64,000 nucleotides of DNA, from the NCBI GenBank assembly GCA_001803395.1, contig MHBU01000024.1:17003-81002 (forward strand). Reading direction: 5' to 3'. Within the stretch, counting starts at the first letter, position 1. Every line of letters starts with the position of its first letter. The translations under genes were made by a program, and so were the position numbers. This stretch comes from Methylotenera sp. RIFCSPLOWO2_02_FULL_45_14. GTDB taxonomy: Bacteria; Pseudomonadota; Gammaproteobacteria; Burkholderiales; Methylophilaceae. Shown here piece by piece: positions 1 to 8,182 of this stretch. A model generated the notes under the pieces. That model did not search any database and was not told the origin of the DNA. It saw nothing but the letters and a program-made list of their open reading frames with translations.

Positions 1-1
1 A

Positions 2-1456
2 GGTGAAGATGCGCTAGCGTCAGAAAAGTCCATTTGGAATGGTGCGCTTGCAGAAGTTGATGCCATAGGCGGTTTGCAGGAAATCGGCTTTACCGATGCA
101 CATGAAACATTGCGCCGTTTAAATACTTTGCATCAAAGTAGCCGCTATTTGCAATTGCCTGAGTTGAGTCGCCAACGCTTTGATGCGGTGATGCCTCATG
201 TCATTGCGCAATCAGCCAAAATGCAGAATGCAGATATCACACTGACGCGTGTGACTGATTTATTAGAAAGTATTTGCCGTCGAGCTAGTTATCTGGCGCT
301 GCTGGCAGAACACCCACAGGCGATGCAGTTGTTGGTTAAGTTATGCAGCAGCAGCCCATGGTTGGCGAATTATTTAGCACAGCACCCCATTTTGCTGGAT
401 GAGCTTTTAGATACACGTACTTTGTATGCAAAGCCTGATTTTATCGCCATGCGTGCAGAGTTGCTGGGTCGGCTAGCCGAGGCGGAAGGTGATATTGAGC
501 GGCAGATGGATGTGATGCGTCACTTTAAACATGCCAATATATTCCGCTTTGCGGTGCAGGATATCAATGGCGAGTTGGCATTGGAGACAATATCCGATTA
601 CTTGAGTTACCTGGCTGATTTAATTATGAGCGTAGCTTTAGAAACTATTTGGCCGAATGTGCGCGGTAAACATCTTGATACGCCTAAGTTTGCAGTGATA
701 GGTTACGGTAAGCTAGGCGGTAAGGAACTGGGCTACGCCTCTGATTTAGATATTATTTTTCTATATGACGACGAGTCCCCTGAAGCGGGTGAAGTGTATG
801 CGCGCTTTGCGCAACGCATCAATAACTGGTTTAACAGCTTAACTTCAGCAGGTTTGCTGTATGAAACTGATTTACAGCTACGACCAGACGGCAACAGTGG
901 CTTGTTGGTGAGTAGCGTTGCTGCATTTAGAGAATATCAACTTCATAAGGCTTGGGTGTGGGAACACCAAGCCATTACACGTGCAAGATTTGTGGCGGGT
1001 GACGCCAGTATAGGTAAAGCCTTTGATGGCATTCGCGTAGAGGTGATGACACAAACACGCAATGCCGAAAAACTGAAAGCAGAAGTGCTTTCCATGCGTG
1101 AAAAAATGCGTGAAGCTCAGCATTCAAGAGGCGCATTGTTTGATCTTAAGCATGGTATCGGTGGCATTATTGATGTTGAGTTTTTAGTGCAGTACTTAGT
1201 GTTGTTACATGCGCAAAATAATCTGTCATTGACCGGCAATATTGGCAATATTGGTTTATTAAAATTACTCGGATCCCTTAAAATTATTGATGCTGAATTG
1301 GCAGAACAAGTTGCCATGGCTTATCGAGAGTACCGGCATAGGCAGCACATGCTTAAACTACAAGGCGCAACGCAGTTGGGGGTAGAACTGGCAACTATTG
1401 CACACCATGTGAAAGCGGTAACCTTACTTTGGAACCAGGTTTTTGCTAATGGATAG
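2..1456 (+). CDS. glnE: Bifunctional glutamine synthetase adenylyltransferase/deadenylase, C-terminal part (5' truncated by window edge)
   Basis: Frame is open from base 2. Motifs GYGKLGGKELGYASDLDIIFLY, LRPDGNSGLLV, AWVWEHQAITRAR and DLKHGIGGIIDVEFLVQ match the GlnE adenylyltransferase domain. Confidence 0.95.
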   Translation, partial: GEDALASEKSIWNGALAEVDAIGGLQEIGFTDAHETLRRLNTLHQSSRYLQLPELSRQRFDAVMPHVIAQSAKMQNADITLTRVTDLLESICRRASYLALLAEHPQAMQLLVKLCSSSPWLANYLAQHPILLDELLDTRTLYAKPDFIAMRAELLGRLAEAEGDIERQMDVMRHFKHANIFRFAVQDINGELALETISDYLSYLADLIMSVALETIWPNVRGKHLDTPKFAVIGYGKLGGKELGYASDLDIIFLYDDESPEAGEVYARFAQRINNWFNSLTSAGLLYETDLQLRPDGNSGLLVSSVAAFREYQLHKAWVWEHQAITRARFVAGDASIGKAFDGIRVEVMTQTRNAEKLKAEVLSMREKMREAQHSRGALFDLKHGIGGIIDVEFLVQYLVLLHAQNNLSLTGNIGNIGLLKLLGSLKIIDAELAEQVAMAYREYRHRQHMLKLQGATQLGVELATIAHHVKAVTLLWNQVFANG

Positions 1457-1562
1457 GGCAGGCAGGCTTGCGCTGGTTTAGCAAGCTATTCATGTTTAAT
1501 TCTATTTACGATAAAAATGATAACCGCGTTGCTTAAGTTCTGCCGTGCAATAGCAATATTTG

Positions 1563-2567
1563 TTACTTATTCCAACGCAACGCCGCCGTATGCACCGGGC
1601 TATCCCAATGTTGTTTGATCTCATCATCCAGTAAGCATAGTGTAATAGAAGCACCAGCCATGTCCAGCGCAGTGGTGTAGTTGCCAACCAATGAGCGTGA
1701 AATTTGAATGCCGTGCTGATTGAATAACTTAAGCGCGGTGTTGTAAATTAAGTAAAGCTCCATCAGTGGTGTGGCGCCAAAGCCGTTAATCAGCAACAGT
1801 GCTTCGTGCGTGCTTGTAGTGAATATGGCTCTCGTTTTGAGGTCGGTGATGATGGCCTCTACACAGTCACTCACAATGGCATCGGCTTCACGCATGGCTT
1901 CACGTCTGCGACCTGGCTCGCCGTGTATGCCTACGCCCATTTCAAGCTCGGTGTCACTAATGTCAAAAGTCGGGCGGCCTGCAGCAGGTACGGTGCAACT
2001 CGTCAGCGCTACGCCCATACTGGCGGTACGACTATTTACTTTGTCGCCTAATGCCTTGCAAGCTTGCAAATCGGCACCTGTTTCCGCCAAACTGCCTACA
2101 CATTTTTCTACAATCACCGTGCCTGCAACACCGCGGCGGCCTGTGGTGTAAGTGCTATTGATGACAGCACAATCGTCGCTGGTGAGTACGGTAGCCGATT
2201 CAAAAGACAGCATCTCTGCCGCCATCTCAAAGTTCATCACGTCACCTGCATAATTTTTAACAATAAACAGAACACCTCGGTCAGCATGTACGGCTGTCGC
2301 CGCGGCGAGCATTTGGTCGGGTGTGGGTGAGGTGAATACATAGCCCGGGCAGGCTGCATCTAACATGCCATAACCTATATAGCCCGCGTGTAGTGGCTCG
2401 TGGCCTGAGCCACCACCTGAGATAATGGCAACTTTATTACTCGACTTTTGTTTGCGGGTTAAAAAATTGGGTTCTAAGTTGAGGGTAACTAGATCACCGT
2501 GTGCCAATGCAAAACCGCTCAGGCTTTCAGTTAAGACATCGTCAATTTTGTTGATAAATTTTTTCAT
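1563..2567 (-). CDS. dhaK: Dihydroxyacetone kinase, DHA-binding subunit K
   Basis: 334 aa. Motifs GGGSGHEP, FTSPTPDQ, KNYAGD, GRRGVAGT and GIHGEPG (DHA-binding His) are intact. Confidence 0.93.
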   Translation of the reverse strand: MKKFINKIDDVLTESLSGFALAHGDLVTLNLEPNFLTRKQKSSNKVAIISGGGSGHEPLHAGYIGYGMLDAACPGYVFTSPTPDQMLAAATAVHADRGVLFIVKNYAGDVMNFEMAAEMLSFESATVLTSDDCAVINSTYTTGRRGVAGTVIVEKCVGSLAETGADLQACKALGDKVNSRTASMGVALTSCTVPAAGRPTFDISDTELEMGVGIHGEPGRRREAMREADAIVSDCVEAIITDLKTRAIFTTSTHEALLLINGFGATPLMELYLIYNTALKLFNQHGIQISRSLVGNYTTALDMAGASITLCLLDDEIKQHWDSPVHTAALRWNK

Positions 2568-2608
2568 GAGTAGTCCCTGGATTAAATATTCTTAAAATCA
2601 AAGCTTAG

Positions 2609-2789
2609 TCCACAAAAAACACGAAAACCACGAAATAAAACAACATGCTAATTTTACTTACTAGCTTACCCATTAGTTTTTATTACGGCGTATGGAGTTC
2701 TTTAAATTTGTTCGTGTTTTTAGCCATACTTGCCAGCTTGCTGGCTTAGTATGGGTTATCAGTTTTTTCTGATTAGTGAGTTTCGTGGA
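2609..2789. repeat. Nested inverted-repeat (REP-like CACGAA family) element between dhaL and dhaK
   Basis: AAAAACACGAA 2615-2625 pairs with TTCGTGTTTTT 2711-2721. TCCACAAAA 2609-2617 pairs (one mismatch) with TTTCGTGGA 2781-2789. There is an inner hairpin CCATACT-T-GCCAGC-TT-GCTGGC-TT-AGTATGG at 2724-2754. Confidence 0.55.
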
Positions 2790-2799
2790 TAAGTGTTTT

Positions 2800-3423
2800 T
2801 TAAGAAATGAGTTTACAAACTGTCGTTATCATCAATTGGCAGCTTTTAGCACCAGGGTCTATGTGACCAATGGCACGCTCTCCCAAGCTGGCGGCACGAC
2901 CTTTGGTGGCGATTAAGTTTTTTGTAGCGAGCATGCCTTGCTCTGCGGTTTGTATAAGTGCAGCACTAATTTCTTGTACATTAGTGTTGGTGGCTGCAAG
3001 TGCTGTGAATTGATTGGCAACAGGGATCAGAACATCCAGCATGGTTTTTTCACCAAGATCTGCTTTGCCACGCTGGCGGATAACGTCAACGCCAGCGGCA
3101 AAAGCGGTCGCATAAGTTTGCACGGATTCATCGCCACTTTCTTTGATGACTTTTGCCATGCCCATAAAAAAACTTGCGAGGAGTGGCCCAGAAGCACCGC
3201 CGATAGTGCTGAGTAACTTTAAACCAATTTTATTCAGTGCTGCGTCAGGTGTCAGGGGTTCTAATTCAGTTTGCATTTCAACAATCGCGCTAGCGCCACG
3301 TTTCATGTTGATGTAATGATCACCATCGCCAATCGCGCGGTCCAGGGATTCCAGCTCTGATTCGTAGCTTAAAATGGTGTCACGTATGGCTACAGTTGCA
3401 GATAAAATAAATGATGTTTTCAT
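2800..3423 (-). CDS. dhaL: Dihydroxyacetone kinase, ADP-binding subunit L (Dak2)
   Basis: 207 aa. Motifs IGDGDH, GGASGPL, GEKTMLD and GRAASLGERAIGHIDPGA. Confidence 0.93.
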   Translation of the reverse strand: MKTSFILSATVAIRDTILSYESELESLDRAIGDGDHYINMKRGASAIVEMQTELEPLTPDAALNKIGLKLLSTIGGASGPLLASFFMGMAKVIKESGDESVQTYATAFAAGVDVIRQRGKADLGEKTMLDVLIPVANQFTALAATNTNVQEISAALIQTAEQGMLATKNLIATKGRAASLGERAIGHIDPGAKSCQLMITTVCKLIS

Positions 3424-3435
3424 TTCATGAATAAC

Positions 3436-3443
3436 ACTATATT
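3436..3443. promoter_or_regulatory. Candidate overlapping bidirectional -10 elements for dhaL and the sensor kinase
   Basis: TATAGT on the minus strand (3441-3436) overlaps TATATT on the plus strand (3438-3443), in a gap of only 35-75 bp. Confidence 0.4.
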
Positions 3444-3458
3444 GTGAATTGATTAAAG

Positions 3459-4874
3459 TTGTTAAACTCTATACATGTTATGCCATCATTACAACTCATG
3501 AGCTTACGTTTCCGCTTAAATTTACTCATTACCTTACTATCACTGGCTTTTATATTGGTGGTCGGCACGATTTTGGTGAATGATACCCGCATTTCAATTC
3601 GCGAGCGGGTAGAAGCTGCAAGCCGTGTGACGGTGCAATTGCTAGATACCGTGATTGTGAGTTCTGCGATAAACCCTGAAATGGGGCCTACACATATCGT
3701 GTTACAGCAATTTCTAACATCATTAGGCTATGTGCGTAGTAGTCATATTGCGCTTTATGATTATCAAGGGCATGAACTTTATCATTCGCCAGAATCAACA
3801 TTCAAAAGTGATGTGTATCCGCCAGAGTGGTTTGTAAAGCTTGTAACACCCAAGGTGGAAACGGTAGAGCGTAAGATTCGCTATGGCACTTTGGTGGTAT
3901 CGTCCAGCGCCGCAGGTTCCATTCGTGAGGCATGGTCTGGATTTAACCAATTGATGTGGGTTGGGTTAACGTTCTTTTTGCTGCTCAACACCATGGTATA
4001 TCTGTTGTTAAGTCATGCGCTTAGGCCCGTTAATCGAATCTTAGCTGCTATTAACCGTATTGAACAAGGCGACTTAACCACGCGCTTGCCAACGCTTGCC
4101 TTGCCGGAGTTTGATCGTATTGGGCATAGTCTTAACCGCATGGCTGAGTCACTCACAGCTGAGCGTCAGCTAGAAGAGAACCGTCAATTAACGCATTTAA
4201 TTCAAAAGCATATCGAAGAGGAGCGTGGAAGCTTAGCGCGCGAACTGCATGATGAACTTGGTCAATACGTGACAGCCATCAAAACCTTTGCCGTAGGCAT
4301 TGCTAATAAAGCCAACGCCAATAGCGCAAGTGCGGGGATGGCTGAGATTGCATCAAGTGCGCAAATCATCGTATCCGCAGCGAATCAAATATACGACGGC
4401 ATGCATAATATTGTGCGCCAATTACGTCCAGGTTCGCTGGATAACTTGGGCTTGGCTGAAACCTTAAAAGATTTGGTGAGCAGTCATCAAATGCAGCATC
4501 CAGAAATTCAGATTCAACTCTATTTGTCTGAAAACCTGCAGTCAGGAGACTTAAAGTGTTTAGGTGAAACTATTAGCATCAATTTGTATCGAATAGTGCA
4601 AGAGTCAATCAATAATGCGTTGAAATACGCGCAGGCAACGACAATTGACGTTAGACTCATCAAAACGTCTGAGGGTGAGTTGCAGTTGAGTATTAAAGAT
4701 AACGGAATAGGCATGAACGTAGAAACGGTTGACCAAACCCGACATTTTGGTTTGCTTGGTATGCGTGAACGTGTGCAGGCCTTACATGGAAGCTTTAAAA
4801 TTGAGGCTGCGCCAAATCAAGGCACGGCGATTTATATTAATGTTCCTAGTGGCGCTTCAAGTCAATTGTACTAA
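3459..4874 (+). CDS. Membrane sensor histidine kinase, MoxY/MxcQ-like (periplasmic LapD/MoxY-type domain, HAMP, HisKA_3, HATPase); real start probably ATG 3498 or 3480
   Basis: Two TM segments flank a periplasmic domain with a PPEWF motif. H-box ARELHDELGQ, N-box YRIVQESINNA, DNGIG and FGLLGMRER. Confidence 0.88.
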   Translation: MLNSIHVMPSLQLMSLRFRLNLLITLLSLAFILVVGTILVNDTRISIRERVEAASRVTVQLLDTVIVSSAINPEMGPTHIVLQQFLTSLGYVRSSHIALYDYQGHELYHSPESTFKSDVYPPEWFVKLVTPKVETVERKIRYGTLVVSSSAAGSIREAWSGFNQLMWVGLTFFLLLNTMVYLLLSHALRPVNRILAAINRIEQGDLTTRLPTLALPEFDRIGHSLNRMAESLTAERQLEENRQLTHLIQKHIEEERGSLARELHDELGQYVTAIKTFAVGIANKANANSASAGMAEIASSAQIIVSAANQIYDGMHNIVRQLRPGSLDNLGLAETLKDLVSSHQMQHPEIQIQLYLSENLQSGDLKCLGETISINLYRIVQESINNALKYAQATTIDVRLIKTSEGELQLSIKDNGIGMNVETVDQTRHFGLLGMRERVQALHGSFKIEAAPNQGTAIYINVPSGASSQLY

Positions 4875-4895
4875 TAATGAGAGAAAGTAAGCAAC

Positions 4896-5534
4896 ATGAG
4901 TCAAATTAACGTCATGCTAGTAGATGATCACGCTGTCGTACGCATGGGATTTAAAATGTTGCTGGAGTCAGATGTTGACATCAAAGTGATTGCTGAAGCC
5001 GAAAATGGCGAGCAGGCGATTCAGCGTTACATGGAACATAAACCCAATGTGGTGGTGATGGACATTACCATGCCAGGTATTGGTGGCTTAGAAGCGATTG
5101 AGCGTATTTTAGCAAAAGACAATTCTGCTAAAATTTTAGTATTATCTGCGCATGAAGATTCGGTACACCCCAAGCGCGTGCTGAATGCAGGTGCCATGGG
5201 CTATTTAACAAAGCGTAGTGCGGCTGAAGAGCTGATTAAAGCGATTAGAACCGTTGCCACAGGTAAGAAGTATTTAGAAGCCAGTGTGGCACAGCAGATG
5301 GCCATTCAGCAGCTATCTGGCGACCAAAACCCTGTGGACGTGTTGTCACCACGTGAGTTCGAAGTATTTATGGCGTTGGCCAAAGGCAAAACCACCAATG
5401 ACATCGCCGAAACTTTATTTTTAAGTCCACGCACCGTGGGAACGCATCTTTATAACATCAAGCAGAAACTCAATGCTAATAATTCTGCTGAAATTGCCTT
5501 GATCGCTATGCGTAGCGGGTTATTAGATGCTTAA
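4896..5534 (+). CDS. NarL/LuxR-family response regulator (MxcE/MxaB-like), cognate of the upstream sensor
   Basis: Receiver motifs LVDDH, VMDITMPG and GYLTK. LuxR HTH LSPREFEV...IAETLFLSPRTVGTH. Confidence 0.92.
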   Translation: MSQINVMLVDDHAVVRMGFKMLLESDVDIKVIAEAENGEQAIQRYMEHKPNVVVMDITMPGIGGLEAIERILAKDNSAKILVLSAHEDSVHPKRVLNAGAMGYLTKRSAAEELIKAIRTVATGKKYLEASVAQQMAIQQLSGDQNPVDVLSPREFEVFMALAKGKTTNDIAETLFLSPRTVGTHLYNIKQKLNANNSAEIALIAMRSGLLDA

Positions 5535-5581
5535 TCATTTGCCTGAGTTCAAAAAACTCGACTGCTGCTAAATTTCTAACG

Positions 5582-6406
5582 CTAAGGCTCTATCTCAATA
5601 GCTTTGTATTCTGCCGGAACAGGTGGGTAGGTTAGTTTCATGCTTTTAAGGGTGGTGAGTAAAAGCCTCGAAATAAGCAGGTTGCGATTGGTTTTAGAGT
5701 CGGCGGGTATGATGTGCCATGGCGCATGGTCAGTAGAAGTGGCTTGAATGGCTTGTTCGTAAGCTTGCATGTATTGTGGCCAAAGTGCGCGCTCTTTTAA
5801 ATCGCCAGGATTAAATTTCCAGGTTTTTGTTGGATCATCTAACCTTTCTTGCATGCGCTTTTTTTGCTCTTCTTTGGAAATATGTAAAAAGCATTTAATA
5901 ATGGTGGTGCCGGTTTCTGTAAGCATGCGTTCAAAATCGTTGATTTGTGCATAACGGCGCTTACATTCAGCCTCATCAATCCAGTTGTGTACTTTTACAA
6001 TGAGTACATCTTCATAATGGCTGCGGTTGAAAATGACCAATTCACCAGCTTTGGGTACTTGTTGATGAACTCGCCATAGGTAGTCATGTGCAAGCTCCTC
6101 GCTACTAGGAGCTTTAAAGCTAGCCAGGCGAATACCCAGTGGATCCGACTCTTTGAATACGTGGCGCACGGTACCGTCTTTTCCGCTAGCATCCATACCT
6201 TGCAAAACTAACAGCACTTTATGTTTGCCTTCAGCATGTAAAATATCTTGTAACGCATTTATTTCAGTCGCCAGCTTAGTAAGATCGACAAAATTTTGAT
6301 CTTTGTTGCCAGTACGCTCAGTTTTATCTTTAGGGTCGTAATCTTTGAGAGAGAATTTTTTTGGATTAACGCGATACTTATCAAGGTTTGCCATTTTTGC
6401 TTTCAA
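5582..6406 (-). CDS. ppk2: Polyphosphate kinase 2 family phosphotransferase (class III-like); start TTG 6406 or ATG 6394
   Basis: Walker A region LQGMDASGKDG, DYLWR, FNRSHYEDVL (class III-type signature) and WKFNPGD. Confidence 0.9.
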   Translation of the reverse strand: MKAKMANLDKYRVNPKKFSLKDYDPKDKTERTGNKDQNFVDLTKLATEINALQDILHAEGKHKVLLVLQGMDASGKDGTVRHVFKESDPLGIRLASFKAPSSEELAHDYLWRVHQQVPKAGELVIFNRSHYEDVLIVKVHNWIDEAECKRRYAQINDFERMLTETGTTIIKCFLHISKEEQKKRMQERLDDPTKTWKFNPGDLKERALWPQYMQAYEQAIQATSTDHAPWHIIPADSKTNRNLLISRLLLTTLKSMKLTYPPVPAEYKAIEIEP

Positions 6407-6420
6407 AATATCATGTGAAT

Positions 6421-6452
6421 AAAAAAGCCCGCTGATTCAATCAGCGGGCTTT
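6421..6452 (-). terminator. Rho-independent terminator after pgi (possibly bidirectional)
   Basis: AAAGCCCGCTGA-TTCAA-TCAGCGGGCTTT forms a perfect 12-bp stem, giving a T6 tract on the minus strand 43 nt after the pgi stop. Confidence 0.85.
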
Positions 6453-6494
6453 CAGTCGTAGCTACATAACACAAGCGTTAATCAATTTCATGTG

Positions 6495-8153
6495 TCAGTC
6501 TAATTTAAGTGCTTTGGTATAGTTAATTAAGCCATTGGTAGAACTGTCATAATTACTCACCACTTCATCGTTAATTAATTGTGGAAAAATTTGTTGTGCA
6601 ATTTGCTTGCCGTATTCCACGCCCCATTGGTCATAGCTATTGATATCCCAAATAATCCCCTGTACGAATATTTTGTGCTCGTATAACGCAATGAGTTTAC
6701 CTAGTGTGTTAGGCGTGAGTTTATCAAACAGAATTGAAGTAGTCGGGCGGTTACCTTCAAATACTTTATGCGGTAGCAAGTTCTCAAGCGCCTCACCAGA
6801 TAAACCTTGAAGTTCAAGTTCTGTGCGGGCCTCTTCTTTAGTTTTACCTAGCATAAGCGATTGCGTTTGCGCCAAAAAGTTAGCAATGAGAATTTTATGG
6901 TGTGTGTTGCCATCATTGCCTACTTTATAATGGCTATGCGCGGGCATTAAAAAATCAGATGGGATAATTTGCGTACCTTGATGAATCAGTTGGTAGAATG
7001 CATGTTGACCATTCGTGCCAGCCTCGCCCCAAATCACCGGGCCGGTTTTATAAGTAACACGTGTGCCATTACGGCAAATAAATTTACCATTACTTTCCAT
7101 GTCGGCTTGTTGTAAATAGGCTGGAAAGCGTGCCATTCCTTGATCATAAGGCAAAATAGCTTGTGAATCTACATGGAAAAAATTGTTATACCACACGCCA
7201 ATCAGCGCCAGAATAACTGGCATATTTTGCTCTAACGGAGCCGTTTTGAAATGATTGTCCATTTCATGCGCGCCTGTGAGCAGGGCTTCAAAGTTATCCA
7301 TCCCTACATACAAGGCAATCGATAAACCGATGGCAGACCAGAGTGAATAACGACCACCAACCCAGTCCCAAAAAGTGAACATGTTTGCGGTATCAATACC
7401 AAATTCTTGCACGGCTTTAACATTGGTAGAAAGTGCAACAAAGTGTTTTGCAATATGTGCGTTATCTTTTGCAGCGGTTAAAAACCAAGTGCGCGCAGAC
7501 TTGGCATTGGTCATGGTTTCTTGCGTGGTAAAGGTTTTTGACGCTACAATAAAAAGTGTGGTTTCAGGGTTACATTTTTCTAAGGCGCGCATTAAATGGG
7601 CGCCATCAATATTAGACACAAAATGTACTTGTAAGTCTGGACTGGCGTATGGTTTTAATGCATCACACACCATGACGGGGCCTAGGTCAGAACCGCCAAT
7701 ACCGATGTTCACAATATCAGTAATACGTTGGCCTGAATAACCCAACCAACTACCGTTGTGCACTTTGTCTGAAAACTGACGCATCTGCGCTAATACAGCG
7801 TTTACGTCGGGCATCACATCATGCCCATCCACCATCACTGGTGTGTTAGCGCGGTTACGCAAGGCTGTATGCAATACAGCGCGATTTTCGGTGATATTTA
7901 TTTTTTCACCCGCAAACATTTTATCGCGCCATTGCTCAATTTTAGCTTCGCGCGCCATTTGGAATAGTAGCGATAGCGTTTCATCGGTAATACGATGTTT
8001 TGAGTAATCAAATAAAATATCAGCAAATTTCAGGCTGAATTTATTAAAACGGTTAGCATCTTGTGCGAATAAGTCGCGCATGTGGGTAGATGCGATTTGC
8101 TGTTGGTGTTGGTAGAGTGTTTGCCATACAGGGAGTTGATTTAGGCTTGCCAT
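6495..8153 (-). CDS. pgi: Glucose-6-phosphate isomerase
   Basis: Motifs [43 protein letters not shown] and DQWGVEYGK. Confidence 0.97.
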   Translation of the reverse strand: MASLNQLPVWQTLYQHQQQIASTHMRDLFAQDANRFNKFSLKFADILFDYSKHRITDETLSLLFQMAREAKIEQWRDKMFAGEKINITENRAVLHTALRNRANTPVMVDGHDVMPDVNAVLAQMRQFSDKVHNGSWLGYSGQRITDIVNIGIGGSDLGPVMVCDALKPYASPDLQVHFVSNIDGAHLMRALEKCNPETTLFIVASKTFTTQETMTNAKSARTWFLTAAKDNAHIAKHFVALSTNVKAVQEFGIDTANMFTFWDWVGGRYSLWSAIGLSIALYVGMDNFEALLTGAHEMDNHFKTAPLEQNMPVILALIGVWYNNFFHVDSQAILPYDQGMARFPAYLQQADMESNGKFICRNGTRVTYKTGPVIWGEAGTNGQHAFYQLIHQGTQIIPSDFLMPAHSHYKVGNDGNTHHKILIANFLAQTQSLMLGKTKEEARTELELQGLSGEALENLLPHKVFEGNRPTTSILFDKLTPNTLGKLIALYEHKIFVQGIIWDINSYDQWGVEYGKQIAQQIFPQLINDEVVSNYDSSTNGLINYTKALKLD

Positions 8154-8182
8154 TTTAATAGTAGTGCTTTATATTCAATAGG

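Noticed and set aside
1502-1687. 61-aa minus-strand ORF overlapping the dhaK 3' end
   Set aside because: Alternate frame of dhaK with no SD or motif.
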